Both the position numbers and the translations under genes were made by a program. A stretch of 64,000 nucleotides of DNA from a virus (lineage: Duplodnaviria; Caudoviricetes): positions 79,741 to 143,740 of IMG/VR virus record IMGVR_UViG_2724679462_000002; one strand, written 5' to 3'. Position 1 is the stretch's first letter, and each line of letters begins with the position of its first letter. The notes beneath the pieces were generated by a model. It worked only from the letters and a program-made list of their open reading frames with translations. It was not told where the DNA came from and made no database searches. This document shows positions 57,550 to 64,000 of the stretch, piece after piece.

Positions 57550-59577
57550 ATGAGACGCATCAGCGCGCGAACTCTGTTGGGCATGAGCACCGAATATCTT
57601 TGGACTGCTCTGCACGGCGATTTCATCTGTGTGTTCGATGACGGGGAAATTCAGACTAATCATCGGGAAGTTCTCTACAGCAGTTATGCGTGGGATCTCC
57701 TGCGCGACTATCCGCAGACGCCGATCCGGACGAAGCATCACGTCCGTGCCGTGCTCGGCGACAAGCGCCTCGGTTCGAACACGCACCTCGACTTGATCGC
57801 GAGCGTGGTCTGGGATGTGTACGACGTCTACGTGGGCGGCTACGCAGAAGACGGAACATGCGTTCCCCGTGCCGACGCGACCGTCACGCTCGACATGCTG
57901 GCCAAGCGGACATACGAGATCACGAACGAGATGTACAACGAACTCTCGTATCGACTCGAAGAATACGTGGTGTCGCTCGACATCACCGACTTCATCGACG
58001 TGCTCGACCATCCCAAGATCATCGAGGCGAAGAAGCCACTCTTCTCGGTGCCGCTGGACAAGGTGACCGACAAGATGCTCGAGGACAGCTACCAGGCGGT
58101 CGGTGCGGTCATCAAGGGCGGCGTCGAACTGAAGAAGAATCCGCTGGCGCTTGCAGCGCGTGCGGGCACGGTGAAGTTCGATCAGTTGCTGCAGTGCGTG
58201 TCCGCCCGCGGCCGCGTCACCGAGATCGACTCCAACGTCTTCGAGCTGCCGATTCTGCGCAGCTATACCGAAGGCTATCGCAACTTCCGCGACTCGCTCG
58301 TGGAATCGCGTTCTGCTGCGAAGTCGCTTATCTTCTCGAAGGCGCCGTTGCAGCAGGCCGAGTACTTCTCGCGCCGTCTTCAGCTGATGTCGATGAACGT
58401 GCAGCATCTGCACAAGGGCGACTGTGGATCGACGAAGTACGTGAAGTGGCCGATGCGCAAGTCCGATCTCGGACGCCTCGCCGGCAAGTTCTACCTGGAC
58501 GAAAAGGAGAACAAGCTCAAGATCATTCGGAAGAAGGACGACCACCTGATCGGCAAGACGGTTCGGCTGCGCTCGGTGATGCGGTGCGCGCATCCGGATC
58601 CGGTCGGCGTGTGTTCGACGTGCTTTGGTGAACTCGCCAACTCGGTGCCGGACTTCACGAACATCGGTCACATGTGCTGCATGTTGCTCACCGAGAAGTC
58701 GTCGCAATCGGTGCTGTCGGTCAAGCACTTGGACAGCTCGGCGTCGATCGAGGCGATCGTCCTGCGAGATGCGGACAAGCTGTACCTGAAGGTCGGAACG
58801 GACGACAACTCGTATCTCATGGCGGATCGGCTAAAGGACCTACCGGTGAAGCTCGTGATCGCGGCAGAGTCCGCGCCGAATCTGAACGACGTGAACGAGA
58901 TCGACGACCCCGACAACCTCAATATCGCGCGCTTCTCGGAGCTCGAGTACGTGGGGCTGCTGGTCGGCGAGTATGGAAAGGCGGAAGGTGTCGACATCCT
59001 GACGGCAGTGAGCGGTCGGAAGGCTTCGATGACGCATTCGCTCTTGCATCACATCCGTCGCGTCGGCTGGGATCTCGATACGGATACCGGCAACTACGTC
59101 ATCGATATGAGGGATTGGGACTGGTCGCTGCCGATTCTGGCACTGCCCCTCAAGCACTTCAACATGTCGGACCACTCGCGTGACATCGCGAAGATGTTGG
59201 AGTCGAGCGTCAAGATGATGCAAGACCGGGACAAGAACGTCAGGCCGGATGACGCCCTGATCGAACTGTACGACCTGGTCAACAGCAAGCTTGACGTGAA
59301 CCTCACGGTGCTTGATGTCGTTCTCTACGAAGCGATGATTGTTTCGGCGGAGGACGGCGACTACAGCTTGCCGAAGCCGTGGACTGATGAAGGTCTTGGC
59401 GTGATGTCGCTTTCGATGTTGTCTCGATCGCTGTCGGCGACGATGGCCTTCGAGGATCACCGCGAAGCCATCACCGATCCGATCAGCTTCATCAGTACCA
59501 ACCGGATGGATCACCCGTTTGACGTCGCGCTCTGTCCGCGCGAGGTCTTCGAACATCTGGAGCGTGTCGGCGCATAA
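57550..59577 (+). CDS. rpoC: Non-virion RNA polymerase beta' C-terminal subunit (phiKZ gp74-like)
   Basis: Bridge helix EYFSRRL, DCGS, RSVMRC...GVCSTCFG Zn site, trigger loop EKSSQSVLSVKH. Confidence 0.88.
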   Translation: MRRISARTLLGMSTEYLWTALHGDFICVFDDGEIQTNHREVLYSSYAWDLLRDYPQTPIRTKHHVRAVLGDKRLGSNTHLDLIASVVWDVYDVYVGGYAEDGTCVPRADATVTLDMLAKRTYEITNEMYNELSYRLEEYVVSLDITDFIDVLDHPKIIEAKKPLFSVPLDKVTDKMLEDSYQAVGAVIKGGVELKKNPLALAARAGTVKFDQLLQCVSARGRVTEIDSNVFELPILRSYTEGYRNFRDSLVESRSAAKSLIFSKAPLQQAEYFSRRLQLMSMNVQHLHKGDCGSTKYVKWPMRKSDLGRLAGKFYLDEKENKLKIIRKKDDHLIGKTVRLRSVMRCAHPDPVGVCSTCFGELANSVPDFTNIGHMCCMLLTEKSSQSVLSVKHLDSSASIEAIVLRDADKLYLKVGTDDNSYLMADRLKDLPVKLVIAAESAPNLNDVNEIDDPDNLNIARFSELEYVGLLVGEYGKAEGVDILTAVSGRKASMTHSLLHHIRRVGWDLDTDTGNYVIDMRDWDWSLPILALPLKHFNMSDHSRDIAKMLESSVKMMQDRDKNVRPDDALIELYDLVNSKLDVNLTVLDVVLYEAMIVSAEDGDYSLPKPWTDEGLGVMSLSMLSRSLSATMAFEDHREAITDPISFISTNRMDHPFDVALCPREVFEHLERVGA

Positions 59578-59643
59578 GCATCGTAGTGCGGGGGATCGCA
59601 ACCGTCCGCGCAATCCCCTTCCTCCGTTCTATGCAGGTTGATT

Positions 59644-61170
59644 ATGGCTGAGCTTCTGATTCGTCTTCATTCGCATCACTTCGTTGTTAGCAGGGTGACG
59701 CCGCGCGCCATGCCCGCGGTGATCGGGTTCACCCGCCAATTCGTGCAGCCGCTTCGCACCAAGCCGAGTCCTTACTCGAAAAAGCCGCCGCCGAAGCCGG
59801 CCGTGTACGCGGCACATTGTGGTGATACCGGGGAGTATCGCTATCACATCAACGTCTTTAAAAAGTTTGAGGAGCATCTCGGTTTCCACAATCTCAAAGG
59901 GTCGCTGATCGAAGTCGAGCGTCCGGAACTTCCGGTTGTCCGCGAGGTGGAGCTTCCCATTTTTGAGAGGTGGGATCTGCGCGACTATCAGGATGAGGGC
60001 GTGGATTACGTGGTAAAACCCGATGGTTCGGTCTCGAAGTTGATCGAGTTCCAGACCGGTAAGGGCAAGGGCGTGACGTCGCTCTTCGCAGTATCGAAGA
60101 TGGGCCTCGCACCGGTCATCATCGTGAAACCCATGTATCTTGAGAAGTGGGTTGAAGAAATCCGCGACGTCTATGACATCGCGATCGAAGACCTGATGGT
60201 TATTCGCGGGAGCGAACACCTGATGGCGCTGCTTGAGATGGCAGTCGCTGGCGAGCTGGCGAGCAAGATCGTTTTGATCAGTAACAAGACGATTCAGAAC
60301 TGGCTCAAGCTGTACGAGCGCTATGGCGATCAGACGCTGGAGATGGGCTACGCGTGCCGCCCTTCCGAGTTGATGCAGACGCTGCGCTCGGGATTTCGCT
60401 TGATCGATGAAGTGCACCAGGACTTCCATCTGAACTTCAAGCTCGATCTCTACACGCACTGTCACCGTTCGCTTTCCCTGTCGGCAACCCTCGACAAGGA
60501 AGACGCGTTCATCAACCGCATGTACGAGATCGCGTATCCGACCCCCCACCGTCACAAGGGTCCGGCGTACGACCGATACACGAACGCAACAGCCCTCTTC
60601 TATCGGATCCAGCGGCCCGAGAGGATTCGTTGCAGGGAGAACGGTAACTACTCGAACCATGTGTACGAGAAGTACCTGATGAATAACCCGCAGGTCTGCT
60701 CGAGCTACCTGCATCTGATCGATCAGGTGTTGAGGGCGAAGTATCTCAGGAACTATCAGCCCACCGAGAAGGCAGTCATCTTCTGCGCGTCGATCGAGTT
60801 CTGCACGCTCGTGACGGAATTCATGCGCAAGCAGTATCCGCACATGGACGTGCGGCGATACGTTGAGGATGACCCGTTCGAGAACTGTATCGATGCGGAT
60901 ATTCGCGTGACGACGCCTCAGTCGGCGGGCACGGCAGTCGACATTCCGAATCTGACCACGAACATCATGTCTGTGGCGATCTCCAGTCAGCAGTCGATCC
61001 TGCAGATCTTCGGCCGTACGCGAAAGCTGAAGTCCGAGAAAACGCCTGAGTGCGTTTCGTTGTACTGCTCGGACGTCGATAAGCATGTGGAGTATCAGGG
61101 CAAGAATCAAGAATTGCTTCGGAATCGCGCCCTGAACTACTCGACAGTTTTCATTCCCAATGCATTGTGA
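59644..61170 (+). CDS. Superfamily 2 DExH helicase (phiKZ gp75-like)
   Basis: LRDYQ, QTGKGKG, DEVH, SAT, GTAVDIPNL and QIFGRTR motifs. Confidence 0.88.
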   Translation: MAELLIRLHSHHFVVSRVTPRAMPAVIGFTRQFVQPLRTKPSPYSKKPPPKPAVYAAHCGDTGEYRYHINVFKKFEEHLGFHNLKGSLIEVERPELPVVREVELPIFERWDLRDYQDEGVDYVVKPDGSVSKLIEFQTGKGKGVTSLFAVSKMGLAPVIIVKPMYLEKWVEEIRDVYDIAIEDLMVIRGSEHLMALLEMAVAGELASKIVLISNKTIQNWLKLYERYGDQTLEMGYACRPSELMQTLRSGFRLIDEVHQDFHLNFKLDLYTHCHRSLSLSATLDKEDAFINRMYEIAYPTPHRHKGPAYDRYTNATALFYRIQRPERIRCRENGNYSNHVYEKYLMNNPQVCSSYLHLIDQVLRAKYLRNYQPTEKAVIFCASIEFCTLVTEFMRKQYPHMDVRRYVEDDPFENCIDADIRVTTPQSAGTAVDIPNLTTNIMSVAISSQQSILQIFGRTRKLKSEKTPECVSLYCSDVDKHVEYQGKNQELLRNRALNYSTVFIPNAL

Positions 61171-61337
61171 AGCAAGGAGGTTTCATCAAGGATAGGTAGA
61201 AACAAAACAAGGATCGGCAACAACAAAAAACAATAAAGGACCATACGGGGATCGGGTCGCTCGCACCCGGTCGGTAGTAGCTTTTCTTTACGAGTATCCC
61301 TTGAACAGCAGCTGAAAAACAAAACAATAAACGAGGA

Positions 61338-61787
61338 ATGTCAAGCATGAATCGCGTTGTCATTAACCGCATCACCCCCGTCGGGACCGCTATCGTGGAA
61401 ATGTTGTATCTCATGTTCCAACATCAGGGGTCCCCCCGTGGCAACACGCATATCACTCAACACACCGAGCGAAACATGCGGGTCACGCGCTTAAAGATGT
61501 TCGTCGAGAAGCATCCGGGCGGCCGCCACTTCGGCTGCCGCAATGCCTGGATCTGCGAGACGGATCGCAATGTGTTCAGTGTCTATTTGACGGACTATGA
61601 GCAAACGACCGATCTCTTCAAGGACCACCAGTGCCTCGAAGATGGACTCGAATTCCTGACCGGATACGAGTACGAGTTGTCGGAACTGTATCAAGCCTGC
61701 CAGGACATCCAGAATTTCCTGGTCGAAGAAAAGCTGCCGATGCGCGGTACCCACCGCGTACCGGAGCTCGTGCAAAAGGCGGCATAA
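61338..61787 (+). CDS. Hypothetical protein (alternative start ATG 61476)
   Basis: ORF with GAGG upstream; promoter-like GCATATCAC at 61448-61456 precedes the internal ATG. Confidence 0.55.
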   Translation: MSSMNRVVINRITPVGTAIVEMLYLMFQHQGSPRGNTHITQHTERNMRVTRLKMFVEKHPGGRHFGCRNAWICETDRNVFSVYLTDYEQTTDLFKDHQCLEDGLEFLTGYEYELSELYQACQDIQNFLVEEKLPMRGTHRVPELVQKAA

Positions 61788-61948
61788 CGCCGTGGTTGTC
61801 GCTGCCAGGGGGAAACCTCTGGCAGTTATGCCGTCTCTCTTTTTTTGCCGATCCTAAAAGGTTTCAGACCTATATGACGTCCCTGAACCACATGGAGTAT
61901 CTAAATGCTCCTGTGACGAATCTAACCATTCCTTCAGGGTCGTCAATC

Positions 61949-62290
61949 ATGAACCAAGAGAACAAGAACGTGTTGAAACACATCAAGCTTCATGGCGCAG
62001 AAATCGGCCATGTCTATAACTGCCAGTACGGCAACCCGGGCGAGCACACCTACGAAGAAAACATGCCTTCCGAAGTTCTGGATATAAAGAAGGACTCCTT
62101 CGGGCGGCCGGTCATGCTCGTCCGTAACCTCGCCAACAAAAGACACGTCGGCGTGGCGACGTTGGCTGACGATGGGATTCACGGTGCGGTTTATTGCACG
62201 CGCTCGAGGATCATCGGCCGTAAGATAAAGGGCGTGATGGACATCGACTGCCTCGCTGACGCTAAGCGATCGCTGGACTGGAATGCCTGA
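61949..62290 (+). CDS. Hypothetical protein
   Basis: ATG 61949, downstream of a terminator and a promoter-like TATATGAC. Confidence 0.55.
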   Translation: MNQENKNVLKHIKLHGAEIGHVYNCQYGNPGEHTYEENMPSEVLDIKKDSFGRPVMLVRNLANKRHVGVATLADDGIHGAVYCTRSRIIGRKIKGVMDIDCLADAKRSLDWNA

Positions 62291-62336
62291 TTATTATCAT
62301 TGAACCAAGTTTCTACGACTTAGCGAGGACAGCACA

Positions 62337-62825
62337 ATGCACAAGAGATCCCCTGAACAAATCGACGCTACCGCTGAAGCACTTCGCTCGGAGCTTGCCG
62401 CAAAGATCGAAAAGTACGGCTACACGCAACTCGTCATCTTCCCCACGGAGGACGATCCCGACGTCGTGAAGTTCATGTACACCATCGGCCTGACCAAGAA
62501 GGGCTTGCCCGAAATTCTGGTCTCCGGGAACGTGACCAATCAGGGCGCGATGGACATGATCGCCAGTGTCGTAAGCGAACTCGAGCGCAACAACGGTCAA
62601 ATTAAGCTGGGCGTCCGTGACGACCTCTTCAGCGTCCGTGTCGATCTGCGTGATGTCACCAGCCCGGTCGCCCGCGATGAGTACGCCTGCCAAGCCGTCA
62701 CGATGTATGGCGAGCACGTGCGCGTCCTTCAGGTGGTGTGGGCTGACCTCAATAATGTCCTGCCTAACGAGGAAGGCTACGACTCGGCTAAGTGCGTGCA
62801 GGAGCTTTTACCGATGATCCACTAG
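62337..62825 (+). CDS. DUF4262-family protein
   Basis: FMYTIGLTKKGLPEILVSG ... VLQVVWAD..NVLP.EEG pattern. Confidence 0.75.
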   Translation: MHKRSPEQIDATAEALRSELAAKIEKYGYTQLVIFPTEDDPDVVKFMYTIGLTKKGLPEILVSGNVTNQGAMDMIASVVSELERNNGQIKLGVRDDLFSVRVDLRDVTSPVARDEYACQAVTMYGEHVRVLQVVWADLNNVLPNEEGYDSAKCVQELLPMIH

Positions 62826-62891
62826 AACGCGTCCGGTGGATCAGTCATTAGTAGCATTTGCGAGTACGGCTCAACCTGAGAGAGTAAAATC

Positions 62892-63212
62892 ATGCGTGAA
62901 AAGCGGTTCAGCGCTACACAGCGCACCGTGTTGAACATGCTGCTTCTGGATCCACCGACCTGCGCGGCTGAGATCAAAGCAGCTGCTGAGTATCTGTCGG
63001 TACTCACGGATTACATCAAGGAACAAACCGAAGTCTACAAACGTGTCTGGTCTGAGAAAGATCTCTCACTCGTCGAGGATCTGTCGGAGTCGTTGATCTC
63101 AACGGCATCGCAAAGCTCCAAGCGAGATCAGCGCGACCTTCTCTTTACCACGACACAGCTCGCATTCATCCATCCGTCTCTCGTTGCCTGCATGGGCGAT
63201 GAAATCAAATAA
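62892..63212 (+). CDS. Hypothetical protein
   Basis: 106-aa ORF. Confidence 0.55.
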   Translation: MREKRFSATQRTVLNMLLLDPPTCAAEIKAAAEYLSVLTDYIKEQTEVYKRVWSEKDLSLVEDLSESLISTASQSSKRDQRDLLFTTTQLAFIHPSLVACMGDEIK

Positions 63213-63224
63213 GGTACAGGTAAC

Positions 63225-63755
63225 ATGGGCCATTCTTCATTTGGCGAGGACAGCCTCGCCGCAAACCAACGCGCCTTCGTTGAACTCCGCGATTGTCTCG
63301 CTGAAAAGACGACGGACGTGAAAGGTGTCGTACTCGTGCCATCCGTTTCAGTCGCTCGTATCGATAACGTGAAAGCGACAGCCAAGCAGATTCTGTTGGT
63401 CGCCAGTTACTTGAAACTCAAGGTCTGGTCCGGTCTCATGGCCTGTTGCTTGATCAACGGTGTGCTGCCCGTCGAAGGTAGTCTCGATCTGGTGGATGAA
63501 CTCACCACGTTCGACGGCCGTAAGATCTCCATCGGCAGCACGGCCGCTCATCGCATCCGTAGCGATCTGCGCGAGTGGCGGACGTCCGAACGCAACGTCG
63601 GACTGATCGACCCTATCTCCTTCTTCGCGTGGTGCGAAGAGGAGGACATCGATACCAACTACGTGCGGCTCTTCCGCGAAGTCGCGGGGTGTGGCACCGG
63701 CAAGATGATCGGCATCCTTCCGCTCGCGGAGGTTGTTCGATATAGCTTCAACTGA
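63225..63755 (+). CDS. Hypothetical protein
   Basis: 176-aa ORF followed by a terminator. Confidence 0.6.
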   Translation: MGHSSFGEDSLAANQRAFVELRDCLAEKTTDVKGVVLVPSVSVARIDNVKATAKQILLVASYLKLKVWSGLMACCLINGVLPVEGSLDLVDELTTFDGRKISIGSTAAHRIRSDLREWRTSERNVGLIDPISFFAWCEEEDIDTNYVRLFREVAGCGTGKMIGILPLAEVVRYSFN

Positions 63756-63776
63756 TCCCCTCCCCTCTTCCGTCAC

Positions 63777-63810
63777 AACGGCCTGGTTTTTCCCAGGCCG
63801 TTTTTTTTTT
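63777..63810 (+). terminator. Rho-independent terminator
   Basis: AACGGCCTGG-TTTTTC-CCAGGCCGTT followed by a long T run. Confidence 0.8.
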
Positions 63811-64000
63811 GCTTTCTTGTCTAAAGATTTCCTCCACTCCGCCGATAATTCGTTTCGGAATCGGCGGCCTCCGACTGCTGTCTTCCCTGCCACTCTGGGC
63901 AAACGTTTTCAAATAGAAAGGAACTCAAGAGTGCCGAGTTCGGCACAGTCTTGGGGTTATGTGGCCAGTCGGAACATCTCGAAGGTGTCAGGGTCCTGCC

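Noticed and set aside
42462-59577. Introns or inteins in nvRNAP, polymerase or terminase genes
   Set aside because: The ORFs are continuous, of expected length, and show no intein or intron motifs
727-61110. Many long antisense or alternative-frame ORFs (e.g. 727..2370 -, 8867..10864 +, 14662..16344 -, 53111..54613 -, 59629..61110 -)
   Set aside because: They are shadows of real genes with high third-position GC; they have R/V/D/H-rich composition and no motifs or RBS
1-64000. CRISPR array, rRNA, integrase or IS element
   Set aside because: No regularly spaced repeats, rRNA-like sequence or transposase/integrase motifs seen

Overview
This window is a 64-kb segment of a GC-rich, nucleus-forming jumbo phage (phiKZ-like, Chimalliviridae). 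Codon usage suggests a Burkholderiales-type host, but that is inference only. It contains, in order: the 3' end of a virion RNA polymerase beta subunit, the head maturation protease, tail tube and sheath, large structural proteins, the terminase large subunit, PhuZ tubulin, a family B DNA polymerase subunit, and a chimallin-like nuclear shell gene. The conserved non-virion RNAP block follows (beta' N with NADFDGD, SbcD, ChmC-like, sigma-like subunit, PicA-like, beta C, beta' C, SF2 helicase). phiKZ gene-number equivalents come from motifs plus recalled synteny, not from searches. The most unusual part is the ~1.7 kb just downstream of phuZ. There, an acyl carrier protein gene sits between two long, densely base-paired non-coding tracts: one ends in a tRNA-like cloverleaf, and the other has a hairpin loop with two perfect long-range complements. 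Other notable features are a tandem array of divergent paralogs, a histone-H1-like/XRE-HTH fusion, a GIY-YIG/DUF488 fusion, a phage promoter motif (AyATATCAC), a GGCATAA/TTATGCC hairpin family and two AT-rich accessory inserts.
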